Below are positions 25,297 through 39,000 of a stretch of DNA of 64,000 nucleotides, one piece after another. Source of the stretch: Vitrella brassicaformis CCMP3155 (lineage: Eukaryota; Protista; Chromerida). Numbering within the stretch: position 1 is the stretch's first letter; each line of letters starts with the position of its first letter. A program made the translations under genes and the position numbers. The stretch lies in assembly GCA_001179505.1 (NCBI GenBank), contig CDMY01000410.1, forward strand, positions 20,734-84,733, given 5' to 3'. The notes beneath the pieces were generated by a model that saw only the letters and a list, made by a program, of their open reading frames with translations, searched no databases and was not told where the DNA came from.

Positions 25297-27271
25297 CTAA
25301 GGCGCCTGGCCGTCGAGCACGATGGCGGTGATAGGGCCGAGGACGCGACGCACCTTGGCGGCCGTTCGGGGGAATCCCTGGGCGAAGGGCGCGTCATGAG
25401 GGACACCCGCTGCTGGCGCCTCTGTGGTACTGATGTAGACGCGCACTACATGCACACAACAGCAGAGCGGATGATCAACGACACGACAGCATGAGGATGT
25501 GTTGTCAGTGTGTACGCGTACCGTCCTGGTAGTTGCATGGGGGGATGACGAAGAAAATGCATGCGATGAACGGATCGCCAGACGTTGTCAGCACATGCGT
25601 CTGTACACACCGCTTACTGGCCCACTCCCATGCCAGCACATCCGAGCACTCGTCGAGGGGCGTGTGCGGTGATTGGGTGATGATGCGGTCGAGGTGGCCG
25701 CGACGTACACTCCTGACACACATCAATACCGGACCACATGGCCATTCGCCCTCTCATTGCGTGTCTTCCATCGGCTCACCTGTCCACCACCACTGCTGGT
25801 GATCGGTGAAGCCGCCCACAGCCAACATCCGATGAGCCAGCATCCGACGCTTCAACATGCAACTCGCCGATGCGTCAACGGCGCCGTCGTTGACACCAAT
25901 CGTCACCCACCCCACACCATTGTCCCACTTCATGCGACAGCAGACTGGCGGGTCGTGTGGCTTGGCGTGGTGGGTGAAGGGGTGCTGCGAGAAGGGATGG
26001 ACGGGGCGGTTGGGGCGGGGGAGGGGCAGGCTGAGGGTGATGGCGAAGTTGGGCTCGTTGCGGATGACGCGAATCTCGTTGTTGTTGTGGCGGAACAGCT
26101 GAGTGCGCCGTCTTGCTGGCCATTGGGACGGCGGAAGGCCACATTGCGGCCGACGAGCATCCACTGCGCACAGAAACGGGGCAGCGCCAAGAAATCCTGC
26201 AGCCAACACACACACATCCAGCAGCTCACCCATTGCCTCTTCTGTGTGTCGTGCTTACCGCCTTGGTGGGGTGTGTCTGCAGGTCTCCAGCCCCCACAGT
26301 GATCGGCAGCTGGCAATAGCCGAAATGCTCACCGAATCTGAGTGTCTCCGCCACCTCCCCCCAGCCGCCCTCGCCCCCCTCCTCCACCACCCACATGGCC
26401 TTCATCACATCGCCGTGGCTCAGCTGATTGTCGAACTGCACCAGACCACCCACCCTCGCCACCTCGATGGCCTTCGGCAGCCGAATACGGCGGATGATGG
26501 GCCGCAGAGCGTTTCTGATGGGGCGGGCTGTCGCCTTGAGGTGGGCGACCGTGATGAGGTCAGACAGTGCGGTGATGTTGCTCATGGGTCCGGCAGGGAT
26601 GTCAGTCAGGTGCAACCGTCGCGCCTGATGACACACACAAAGAAGGACACACACAGCACATAAGAGGTGCACAACACACCACATCAGTGTGGGTCTTGTG
26701 TTTGTGCCTGCCTGTGGTCACTCCCTTGCTGACCTGTGTGCGGCGATGTCTTGTGAGTGCGATGGTCGAGTTAATAGTCTCTGCCAACTCGGCCAGCAGC
26801 TCGGACACAGCAGCAAACTGACGACTCACCTTGTCCACCATCTGACGAATGAATCAACACGACGAGAGCACCATGACACAGAGGTCTTTGTGGTGTGGTG
26901 TGGTTGTCAGTGTGCTGCTTCGCAGCCTGCCGCACCAGTGGTGTCATCGAAGCTGCGGTGTCCATCTGCAGGAGTTGATCAATGCAGCTGTTGACCTGCA
27001 CACACACACACACACACACAAGCAAGCAGCCGATGAGCTTTGGATGCACTGCATGGAATGGACGAGTTGGTATGTGTGTTGGTCAGCTGATACCTGAGCC
27101 TGCTTCAGCCGATAGCCTTGAACCTGCGGCAGCAGCTGCGCTCGTATCATCTGCACCAAACCGGACAACAAACCACACAGACAGCACAACTGGTTCACGT
27201 CAATGATGTAGGTGATTTGTTTGGCCTGCAGCTCCCTCTTCTCTCACCTGGGCGGCGGCAATGGCAGCCAT
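25297..27271 (-). pseudogene. F-box-like family copy 3, with a 1-nt frameshift in the main exon (or a local assembly error)
   Basis: Closest to copy 2 (MAAIAAAQ|...). At about 26101 it reads GAC GGC GCA CTC AG CTG TTC versus ...CTT CAG CTG / CTC GAG CTG in paralogs; canonical LDGQAP* end at 25297-25299. Confidence 0.7.
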
Positions 27272-27435
27272 CGTGCACCCAAGCAGCGAAAGCTATGGAT
27301 CTGAGTGCTCTTTTGTGGCGTCAACGGACTCTGCACGCCTCTGTCGTCGCCATGCTACATTGCCCCTTTCAATCTCTCCTTCCATTGCCAGCTGGCTTTG
27401 AGCTCGCAGTCGGAAGGGGGGATGCAGAGGGAGAT

Positions 27436-30355
27436 ATGGCTGCTCGTGCGCGTGAGGTTGAGGCCGAGGTTGTAGCCCTCCAGAAGGCATGCGGCGCGCT
27501 GACCCTGGAGGGCGACGAGCCAGGAGGACCCCCAGTAGTGGCGCGAGAGCCAGAAATGGCCAAGCTGAAGGAATTTCTCAAAAAGTAAGTAGGGAGCACA
27601 CAGAGGGCAGCACTCACAGCCCTTCAAGATTGCCCTTCCTTCTGCACCCCATTCCCCATCAATGCACGATGCATCCATCCATCTGTTTGTTGATCAGGGC
27701 GTATGATCAGGATGGCGGCTGTCTGTATGTGGAGGGGCCGCCCGGCAGCGGCAAGACCCTCTGTGTGACTCGTGCGGTGGAGGGCGTGACGGGCAGCAAG
27801 CCCCGCCTCATCAACGCCATGCCCCACGGAGCCTTCACCGACGTACTCGAGCAGCTGGCAGACAGCGTCGACCTGACCACAAAGGCAAAGCAGGACGTCG
27901 AGAAGGCCAAGAACCAGGGCGCCAAGTACGAGATACTCAAGCAGCACATCCACAAAGAAAGCAAGACATGGTACGTACGGATGGGTGGTGGGTGGGATAT
28001 GGCTGGGGGGATATGTATGGGTGGGTGGNNNNNNNNNNNNNNNNNNNNNNNNNNNNNNNNNNNNNNNNNNNNNNNNNNNNNNNNNNNNNNNNNNNNNNNN
28101 NNNNNNNNNNNNNNNNNNNNNNNNNNNNNNNNNNNNNNNNNNNNNNNNNNNNNNNNNNNNNNNNNNNNNNNNNNNNNNNNNNNNNNNNNNNNNNNNNNNN
28201 NNNNNNNNNNNNNNNNNNNNNNNNNNNNNNNNNNNNNNNNNNNNNNNNNNNNNNNNNNNNNNNNNNNNNNNNNNNNNNNNNNNNNNNNNNNNNNNNNNNN
28301 NNNNNNNNNNNNNNNNNNNNNNNNNNNNGGGGGGATATGTATGGGTGGGTGGGGCAAGAAGGGTACATACGTTAGGTAGCTTTGTCCATGTGCTTCTCTC
28401 TCCGTGTGTGTCGCATTAATGTGTGCAGTGTAGTGGTACTGGACGGCTTTGATCGGATCGCCACAAGAGGACGTGGAGCGTTCCGGCGCGGTGCAGCACA
28501 GCCACCACGCCCAGCTCTTCCGCCTCGCCATGGAGCCCACGTCCAAACTAGTACTCATCGGTCGGTACGCCACACGCGATGGATGCGATCTACGCACACA
28601 AACCACCGAGCGAGACAATAGCGATAGCACCTTCCTCCTCTTCGCTCTGTCTGTCTGTCTGTCTGCGGATGGATGCAGGCATTTCGAATTCCCCCCTGGG
28701 CGAATTGCTCAAGAGGAAACTGGAACGACACCGTAACCATATATCCACACATACACACATACAGCAAATGACACACACACATTCAGACACATCCCATCAG
28801 CATTCACTCCTCTCCCTTCTCCCCTTTGTCTCGCTTCCCTCCCTCCCTCCCTCCCTCAGTCCTCCCGCAGGTTCTCCAGTTCAACAAGTACACCTCCGCC
28901 CAGCTGCAGCAGATCGTAGAAAGCCGCATCTTCAAACAGGCCCCGCCCCCGCCCCCGCCCCCACCCTACCCCACCGACACACACATGGCGTCCCCCGACG
29001 ACCCACCCGCCCGAGCCGGCCTCCGCACCAGCAAGCGCAAGAGCAGCCGCATGTCCACCAAGGTGCCTGAGGGCGAGCAGGACGGCCCCAAGCGGCGCAA
29101 GGGTGAGGCGGGGGTGCGGAGGGCCGTACAGGCGACACACCACAAGAAGGGGAAGGGTGAGGGGGAGGGGGAGGGAGAGGCGGACTGGGAGGGGGGTCAG
29201 TTTGAGGAGCGGACGGGGGGTCGTGGTGGGGGTCTGTGTATGACTCCCACGTCCCGGAAAAATGTGGAGTTGCTGTGTAAGAAGGCGGTCGTCCAGCATG
29301 AGGGCGACGCCCGCAAGACACTGGCCATGCTCAGGTTAGGTTCGTCACACAGCACAGCACAGACAGCAACGAGCGACAGACACGAGGGAGGCACACAAGA
29401 CAGACGAGTGAATGGGCACCGCCCCGCCCATCCACTCTAATTCATTTCTCTCTGTGTGTCAATCTCTGTGTGAGTCAGGGCGGCCCTGGGTGCGCGCATC
29501 GAGCAGTTGAGGAGCCAGGAGTTGCAAGAGCCCAACCCCCGCTCGTCGTCGGTGGCCCTCGCCCCACCCTCTCGTCGGTCATCGCGCCGCCCCGGCTCAC
29601 CCGGACCCGCGGCAGCGGCTGCTGGTGGTGCCACTACTGCCAGTGCCAGTGCCGGTGGTGGTGGTGGTGGTGCGGGTGCCACCCTGCAGATCGAGATGGC
29701 TGAGTTGGCGGCAGCGGCGCAGGCCGGTCGTGAAAGCCGTGTGTCGATCATCAGCAAGCTGACCCGCTCCATGCACATCGTGCTGCTCGCCGCACTTGAG
29801 GCCGCCAAGAAGAGCAGCACGGGCAGTTTCACCGGATCGGAGTTCATGGTCAGTCAGTCGGTACAGACCACAGATGCATGACGTGACAGGAGGGAGGGAG
29901 GGAGGGAGGGATCCCCAGGAGAGAGCGCATGGCGTCTGTCTGTGTGTGTGTGTTGTTCAGGCTGAGCACCGCAGGGTGTCCCGTCATTACGTGTCGGTCC
30001 ACGACCCCGGCGAGTTTTGGGACGTGCTGCAGCACACACAGGCCTACGGGTTCATCGGAGTGCACGGTAGGGATCCTTCACACACATAAGCCACGACCCG
30101 TCTGACTCTGTGCGCATTGCATCCTCCGTGTGATTGTGTGTGTGTGTGTGTGTGTGTCACTTATCACTCATCCATCCATCCATCCATGTGTCAGCCCCGC
30201 GCTCGTCTCGGCCCGGGAGGAGGAAGACGGAGACGCCACCGCCTTGCTGTTACGGCCCCGCCGCTGCCAAGAACACGTACAGCGTCCAAGACATCCCCGA
30301 AGGCGAGGTCGAATCAACGATTGCCCTCCTCATGCGACTCATCGAACAGGGCTGA
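27436..30355 (+). CDS. CDC6: CDC6/ORC1-like AAA+ replication-initiation ATPase (apparent frameshift near 28460-28512; gap in one intron)
   Basis: VAREPEMAKLKEFL, Walker A LYVEGPPGSGKT, Walker B VVVLDGFD, sensor-1 LVLIGISN, FNKYTSAQLQQIVESRI, GDARKTL, winged-helix-like C-terminus. Confidence 0.8.
28029..28328. other. Assembly gap (300 N) inside a G-rich minisatellite (ggggatatgtatgggtgggtgg on both sides) in a CDC6 intron
   Basis: Run of N with the same repeat unit on both flanks. Confidence 1.
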
Positions 30356-30576
30356 CTGACCTCCCCCGCCCGAGCGACCGCACACAGACTGACTGGCAAG
30401 ACACACGGACACACAGACAGACAGACAGACAGACGGACGGACACGGTCTAGCGATGGATATGGAACAATGTCTCGTCCACCCAACGTGTGCTCACTCATT
30501 CTCGTAGTTGACCGCCTGGATGCGCATCTGTCCGTATGTCTGTGGATGCGTGTGTGTGTGTTGGGGGGGGGGGGGG

Positions 30577-30876
30577 NNNNNNNNNNNNNNNNNNNNNNNN
30601 NNNNNNNNNNNNNNNNNNNNNNNNNNNNNNNNNNNNNNNNNNNNNNNNNNNNNNNNNNNNNNNNNNNNNNNNNNNNNNNNNNNNNNNNNNNNNNNNNNNN
30701 NNNNNNNNNNNNNNNNNNNNNNNNNNNNNNNNNNNNNNNNNNNNNNNNNNNNNNNNNNNNNNNNNNNNNNNNNNNNNNNNNNNNNNNNNNNNNNNNNNNN
30801 NNNNNNNNNNNNNNNNNNNNNNNNNNNNNNNNNNNNNNNNNNNNNNNNNNNNNNNNNNNNNNNNNNNNNNNNNNNN
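30577..30876. other. Assembly gap (300 N) flanked by poly-G
   Basis: Run of N. Confidence 1.
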
Positions 30877-31804
30877 GGGGGGGGTCTGTGTGTGTGCTGT
30901 GTGGGCGTCTCTCGCGATGCCGGATGTGCGTGGTCACATTGGGAGGGAAATTAAGAGCCGGTGGGGTGGCGCGCGGGACAAGAGAGCGACAGACATCGAG
31001 AGAGAGAGGGGGAGCGAAAGGCGGACAGAACAGCTTAGCTGCTCCTGTGAATGTGTAGACCCGTGTGGCTGGGCTGACGTGTTGATACTGACTATGGTTG
31101 GCCGACCGCACACTTGACCCATGGATGGATGGATGGATGGCCTGATTGACCGTTATGATGGTGCACATGACATGGCATGGCTGGGAGAGACACTGACACT
31201 GCAAACGGACAGACAGTCGATATTGATCTCACTCAACCTGTGCCGCAGCGTGAAACCATGTGAGTCCGTCAGTCAATCCAACCGCCCACCACCAACCATT
31301 CAATCAACCACAGAGATCCGGACAGCGAGCCCCATTGTAATAATAAGTGTATTCTGTGCGACCCCATGCTTTTTATCAGACAGGGCAAAAGCGGGTCGCA
31401 CAGTGATCTGACAGACGAGTGGCTCATGATGCACCCGTGCCTGCGTGCCACTCGTCGAACAGCGCACCATCAGTTTTGGAGACTGATGTGGTGGTGGTGT
31501 TGCGGGGGGGCAGCGAAGGAATGGGTGCATCATGCGCAGCACTCAAAGAGTGAATGAATGAATGAGTGGGTCCAGACAGGGAATCGACTACGGTAAGCCG
31601 ACCAATCGCAACCAACCAACCAATCAACCAACCAATCAACCCGCCACCCCTCCTTGCCAGGAGTCAGTACTGTCACTCTCACGCCCATTCCCTCACTTAC
31701 ACACACACACATGCAATCCGGGCACTCACCTGTCTGTGTATACGTCGCTATATATATCAATGACTGACAAAAAAGGACCGCCGCCGACCCACGGGACGGA
31801 CCGA

Positions 31805-32755
31805 CAGCCAGCAATTACCGCCCTCGCCCCCCTCCTCCACCATCCACATGGCCTTCATCACATCGCCGTGGCTCAGCTGATCGCCGAACTCCACCACACC
31901 GCCCACCCCCGCCACCTCGATGGCCTTCGGCAGCCGAAGGCGGCGACAATCGGCCGCACGACGTTGGTGATTGAGCGGGCTGTCGACTTGAAGTGGGCGA
32001 TGGTGGTGAGGTCAGACAGTTCCATGGCTGCCGATGGTTGTGACGTCAGACGCTGCGATGACGATGCTCATGAGCTCAGGGGGGATGCTATCGAGGCTCA
32101 ACTGTCGGACCTGGACACACACACACAAAGCAGCCATAGGACATGTCTGTGGTCTCTCTCTCAGCTGTGTGTGGGTATGTGTTGTCAGTGCGATGGCGGT
32201 GTCTATGGTGTGTGCCAGCTCGGCCAGCATGTCGGACACAGCCGCAAGCTGGCGGCTCACTTTGGCCACTATCTGCCGAATGAATGAAGCACAAAAGGCC
32301 AGACAAGAGGACAGACACAAGGAGGCCACTGTGCTGTGACTGTGACTATGTGCTGCTTGGCATCCTGCACGCACCTGTGTTGTCAGCTGAGTATTGTCCA
32401 TCTGCAAGAGTCTCCTGTGATGCCTCTGTTGGCCTGCACAAACAAATGGACCACAACACCCACCCAGCACAAGACGCAAGCATTGAATGGATGAGTGTGA
32501 TGTGATGTGTTGGGTGGCCACCTGATCCTGATTCATCTGAAGGCAAGCGATGACCAAAGGCGTGAACTCAGGCTGCGGCAAGAGCTGCTCCCGCAGACGC
32601 ATTGCAACCATCTGCACCAGACAGCAGGGCAACACAAGCACACGGACAGCACAGCAGGCATGATGCATGCGACGATTCACGTGCGTTGCTTGACGCTTTG
32701 CTTGGCCTGCAGGCCTCTCTCCTCTCACCCGGTTCGTACTGACGTCGACGGCCAT
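31805..32755 (-). pseudogene. F-box-like family copy 4, truncated pseudogene
   Basis: MAVDVSTNR|MVAMRLREQLLPQPEF...; internal duplication of the SDxTTI coding segment with an in-frame TGA at 32012-32014 and further frameshifts; deletion joining EGG to GNC; whole 3' half missing. Confidence 0.8.
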
Positions 32756-33041
32756 TCTAAAGATTATGAATAACACTGCTGTCTGGATGCGACTGAATAC
32801 GCCTCCCTCCGCGCCCTTCCTTTGCTTTCCTCCCTCTCTTTCGTGCGAGCTTGAAGAATGCCGAACACAAGGAGAGAGATCGGCGGGATCATTGAAGTAG
32901 TGGACGTATAGCGGCATCGCATCACATACGCCAGATCTGATCTCCCTTTTGAAGTACCTGTCTGTCATACCTCGCCACGGGCGGCTTCCACTCATCGGCG
33001 CTGCATATATACCCGACGGATACCATCGCATCTCTGCCGAC

Positions 33042-36000
33042 ATGGACGACGTTGACGACCTCTTCGCCGCCTTCGACCAGAAGGACGAGCCAGCAGCCCG
33101 CGACAAGCCTCCACCCAGGCAGCTGAAGCGAGCAGCCGAGAAGCCTTCGGAAGGCCGTCCGGATCAAGGCGACCAACAGGAGCAAGCACCAAAGCGGCCA
33201 CGCGTGCAGCCACAGGCCAGCGATGGTCCACAGGCTGCTGCTGCCGCTGCACCGACGGCCAACGGCGGAGCAGCTGCGGCCGCTGAAGACGGTGGCATGG
33301 CGGGTGGTGGTGGTGGTGGTGGCAGCGATGATGCGGGTGGTGGTGCGGGTGCCAAGGTGGTGATAGAGAAGTACAGCGAGAAGCCCAACTGCATGCACTA
33401 CTGCGTGCGGCCGTCGACCTACGAGCGCAAGCCCATGCCCACCGTCAGCACGCCGGCCCACACGTACCCGTTCATCCTCGACCCCTTCCAGGCCACATCC
33501 AACCAGTGCCTCGAGGCCAGGGAGTCGGTCCTCGTATCCGCACACACGTCGGCAGGTCAGCATGGCATGGCATGGAGGGAGGGAGGGAAGGATTCATTCA
33601 TCCACACATCAAATCCATCGTATGTGCGTCCATGTCTGTCTGTCTGTCTGGTGTGTGCGTGTGCGTGTGCGTGTGTGTGTCAGGCAAGACGTGTGTGGCT
33701 GAGTACGCCATCGCGATGGGTCTGCGCGACAACCAGCGGGTCATCTACACGAGTCCGATCAAGGCGTTGAGCAACCAGAAGTACCGCGACCTGAGCGAGA
33801 AGTTCAAGGACGTCGGCCTGCTCACCGGCGACGTCTCACTCAACGCTCACGCCTCTGTCGTTGTCATGACCACCGAGATCCTCAGGAGCATGCTCTACAG
33901 GTAGGTCGACCCGCCCATCACATTTGCAATAAATCAACAAATTGTGTGTGTGTGTGTGTGTGTGTGCGCGTGTGCAGGGGCTCCGAGTTGATGCGTGAGA
34001 TGGCGTGGGTGATATTTGACGAGATTCACTACATGCGTGACCGCGAGAGGGGCGTGGTGTGGGAGGAGACCCTCATCCTCCTCCCCGACACCGTCAAGCT
34101 GGTCTTCCTCTCCGCCACCATACCCAACTCCCTAGAATTCGCTGAGTGGATCGCAAACATTAAACACCAGGCAAGCAGGCAAGCCTGGCGGGACAGTTTA
34201 CGTCTCATCCATCTCTACCTCTGTGTGTGTGTGTGTGTGTGACCTCCCAGCCGTGTCACGTGGTATACACTGACTACCGTCCGGTGCCGCTGCAGCACTA
34301 CATGTTCCCCGCCGGAGGGGACGGCATCTACCTCGTCATGGACGAAAAGGGAGAGGTCAGTGGCCNNNNNNNNNNNNNNNNNNNNNNNNNNNNNNNNNNN
34401 NNNNNNNNNNNNNNNNNNNNNNNNNNNNNNNNNNNNNNNNNNNNNNNNNNNNNNNNNNNNNNNNNNNNNNNNNNNNNNNNNNNNNNNNNNNNNNNNNNNN
34501 NNNNNNNNNNNNNNNNNNNNNNNNNNNNNNNNNNNNNNNNNNNNNNNNNNNNNNNNNNNNNNNNNNNNNNNNNNNNNNNNNNNNNNNNNNNNNNNNNNNN
34601 NNNNNNNNNNNNNNNNNNNNNNNNNNNNNNNNNNNNNNNNNNNNNNNNNNNNNNNNNNNNNNNNNGGCGGGGAGTACATGGATGGATGGATGGATGGCAC
34701 TCTCGTGTGTATGTGCGCGTGTGATGGGTGGGTGACTCATCGATCAGTTCAAGGAGTCGCGTTTCACCGAGGCCGTCGCCAGCATCGGCAAGGACATCGA
34801 AGACCAAAAGGTATGTGGGCACCGTAGGCACCAATTGTTGGCAATGCACACCACACACGCAGCGCAGCAGGGTCGGCTCACGTGTGTGATGGGACGGACG
34901 GCCGCATGAATGTCTGTCTGCGTGCAGCTCGATACATACGATAAATGTGATGTGCACCGCGGTGCATCTGTCGCGCGGTGCGGGTGTGTGTGTCAGATGT
35001 TGACCAAGAAACAGTTGGCCAAGAACAGGGACCGCAACCGAAGCGACCTCGAGAAAATCGTCAAGATGTGCCACGAAAAGTACATATGCACATGCGCACC
35101 ACTTCACCAGACCACACCAGCCATCCATGGCGGGGCGGATGTGCGCTCATCTGTGCCTGTCTGTCTGTATGTGTGGATGTGTGTGTGCAGGTCGTATACG
35201 CCGGCCATCATCTTCTCCTTCTCCAAGCGTGACGTGGAGGGCAACGCCGTCGCCATGAAGAAAATCGACCTTCTCGTGCGTATCACACACACCGCACACA
35301 CAAACACACGCCCGGCCGTCTCCTCGCGCGCACCTCTCTGCGTGTGTGTTTGGTCACCCACCCAGGGAGATGACGACAAGCGCATGGTGGAGCAGATCTT
35401 CGACAACGCCATGAAGACGCTGGCCGACGAGGACAGGGCCCTCCCGCAGATCCTCTACATCAAACCCCTCCTCATGCGCGGCATCGGCATCCACCACGGC
35501 GGGCTCCTCCCCATCATCAAGGAGGTCATCGAAATACTTTTCCAGGTCAGCACACCGCGCCACACACCACACGGAGGGCGAAATTCCAAGGACAGATGAT
35601 GGACAGAGAGATCAGTCAAGACCTTGAGTGATCCCCACGCGGGCGTAGCTCCCTTAGCTCAGTTGGTTAGAGCGCGAGTCTTATGAGCTCGAGGTCGACG
35701 GTTCGAGCCCGTCAGGGAGCGTTTTGCCAAAGTTGTGATGAAGCCGTTTTCTCTCCAAGACCGCTCCCGTTGTGCCGAGCAGCCTCTCGTGTGCTTTTGG
35801 AACCCTCATCAGCCGTAGCTCGCATAGATCCGCAGAGATCTCCTTGCTTAGCTTGTGCCTGTCTTCTTGTGTGTTGGCTTGTGCCGACGATGGGTTGATC
35901 TTTGGTCTTTCTGTGCTGTGTGTGTGTGTGTGTGTCTAGGAGGGTCTGCTGAAGGTGCTGTTCTCGACGGAGACCTTCTCGATGGGCGTCAACATGCCCG

Positions 36001-39000
36001 CCAAGACGGTGGTCTTCACAAGCATCAAGAAGTGGGACGGGCAGGAGTTCAGGTGGATCAACAGCGGTAATTAAAGCAAAGCAATGATCTCACACACATC
36101 TGGACACCTGTGAGATCCTGTCCACCTCTCTGTCTGTTGGTGTGTTCAGGTGAGTACATTCAGATGAGTGGCCGGGCGGGCAGGAGAGGCCTCGATGACA
36201 GAGGTGAGGCGGGCAGGGAGGGAGGAATGCGATAGATGCATGCGCGTGGAGATGAGGCATATCATGTCATGCGCCGGATGAATGCTGTGTGGCTTGAAGG
36301 TTTCACGATCCTGATGTTTGACGAGCAAGTTGAGCCCGAGACGGCCAAGGGCATGTTCACAGGCCAGGCACTCAGACTCGACAGCCAATTCCACCTAGGG
36401 TGGGTACACACAACACAACACAGCACACACCACGGCTGGCTGCTCACTAGCTAAGAAGAGACCTGCAGGCTGTTCGTCCATCTCTCTCCTGTGTGTGTCA
36501 ATCAGTTACAACATGTTGTTGAACCTGATGCGCGTGGAGGGCGCCGACCCCGAATACATGATACAGAGGAGCTTCTACCAGTTCCAAAGAGACAAGTCAG
36601 GGAGGGACCTGACTGACCAGCCTACACACACACACACACCCCGACAGACAGGTGTGGATGTGTTCATGTCACGACCCCTGTGTGTGCCAGGCGTGCTTTG
36701 GGCATCCAGGAGCTCTGCAAGAAGCTCAAGGAAGAGGTCAACAGACGCACAAGCGCATACAGAGATACTGTGAGGGAGACGACGATCTGTGTGTGTGTGT
36801 GTGTGTGTGTGAAGGCTGAGGGCATGGAGGACATCGTCCCGCTTATCGAGATGCCCGAAGGTCACACACACACACACACACACATACAACAGACACACGC
36901 CACGCCACGTCACGTCAGGCAATGGATGTACTGCACGCGATTGCTGTGCTGTCATGCGTCGTCAGGTGTGGCGCTTCCCGACATCGACGTGAACAGGTCT
37001 GTCGCCGAGTACCACAAGCTCACCGAACGCCAAAACGCCCTCAGGTGGGAATGATGGACGATGAAATCGCCCACACCACACCACAGCCACCTGCTTCTCA
37101 CATGGGGGGTATATGTCTGGTGTGTGTGTCAGGGAGACTTACCGGTCGATCGTCATGCTCCCGGAGAACATATCAAGATACATGCAGACAGGTAAGTAAG
37201 ATCACCCCTTACCCCCCACACCCACCGACCCACACACACACACACACACACTCCTCCGCCCCTGCCCTGTCTGTGTGTCAGGCCGGATGGTGCATGTGGT
37301 CGACCAGGACGGCGTCGACTGGGGCTGGGGCATCGTTGCCGGCGCCGTCCGCAGGCCTCACAAGACGGCAGCAGCAGCAGCCCGTGACAGCAGCGGCAGC
37401 AGCAACCACCAGCAGCAGCAGCAGCAGTCATCCTCAGGCGAGTTCATCGTGGACGTGCTGCTCGAGTGCGACCTCAGGTCGACACAGACGGTCAGTGCGG
37501 TTCGGAAGCCGACGCCGGCGCGGGCAGGTCAGGAGAGAGTGGTGGAGGTGATGCCCGTGTCGGACAGCTGCATCCACGGCGTGGCCAAGATGCGGGCCAA
37601 CCTCGGCGACATCAACTACAAAGAGGCCTCGGGCAGAGCTCATGTGAGTCCGTTGGGGGACCGGTGGGTGTGCGGGGGAGTGCTATGCGTGGGGATCGAT
37701 CCTCTCTGTTGGTTTGTGTGCGTGTGTGTGTGTGTGTGTTAGGCGAAGATCACTATGGAGAAGATCCGGGAGCGTTTTGACGGCTCCCCTCCGCTGCTGG
37801 ACCCCATCAGCGAGATGGGGCTCGACGGCATCACACTCCAACCTACCATTGAGTGAGTGAGAGAGGGAGAAGTGCATTGAGAGGGGGGAGGGGGACAGTG
37901 ACGGCGGCCGTGCGTCACATACATACTCATGTGTGTGGTCTCCATTCATTCAGCAAGCTGAAGCAGTGCGAGAGCGACATCGCCAGCCATCCGCTGCACA
38001 ACCACCCCCTCCTCGACAAGCTGCTCGACAAGTGCACACACACACACACACACACCATCAGCCCCACCACACGCGCCGCGCCCACTCATCGTCCATGTGG
38101 CTGGCTGCTCTGCAGGTACCGTGAGCGCCTCGATCGGGAGGAGCAGGTCCGCGGCCTCGAGACGGAGCTGGCGGGCCACCGGTACCTCGTCATGAAGGAC
38201 GACCTTCGGGCCATGCGCAAGGTGCTCAAGCGGCTGCAGTACGTCGATAAGGACGGCGTCGTGACGCTCAAGGGGCGGGTGGCGTGCGAGATCACCACCA
38301 CCGAGGAACTGGTCGTCACAGAGCTGCTCTTCAGGAACACTTTCCAGACTATGGAGGTCCATAAGCACACACAGAGAGAGGGAGGGAGGGAGGGAGGGAG
38401 AGGGAGGGAGGGAGAGGGGGATGAATGACACACGCGTCATGTGTGTGTGTGTGTGTGTGTGGTGTGTGTCAGGCTGACCACATGGTGGCGACGTTGAGTG
38501 CGCTGTGTTTTGACGAGAAGATCGAGGACCATGTCGACCTGCACCCTGAGCTCGCCAAGGGGTTCGACCAGATCAAGGTGGGCGGGCGTCCCGTCCATCC
38601 ATCCCCACCCACCTGCCCTGCGTCCGTGTGCTCATCGGGACTCTGTGTGTCCTGGCATGGCCTGGATGCCATCCTGCCTGCAGGAGGTGGCCAAGATGAC
38701 AGCTGAGGTGTCGGCCGAGAGCAAGCTGCCCATCAAAGTCGACGAGTACCTCGAGAAATTCAAACCAAACGTCTGAACACACAGACACACGCGCGAACAA
38801 CACACGCAGCCCCTGTCGCTGAACAAGCCAAGCCACATTTTTGTCTGTCCACATGTGTGTGTGTGTGTGTTTAGTTGATGCCTGTGGTGCTTCGGTGGAT
38901 GCGCGGCGAGAGTTTCAAGGACGTCATCGACGGCACCGGGCTGTTCGAGGGGTCCGTCATCAGAGGGATGCGGTCAGACACTTCCACACACGCACGCACT

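Noticed and set aside
30360-31800. Possible gene between CDC6 and F-box copy 4
   Set aside because: Only short ORFs in microsatellite-rich sequence plus a gap; no consistent exon chain.
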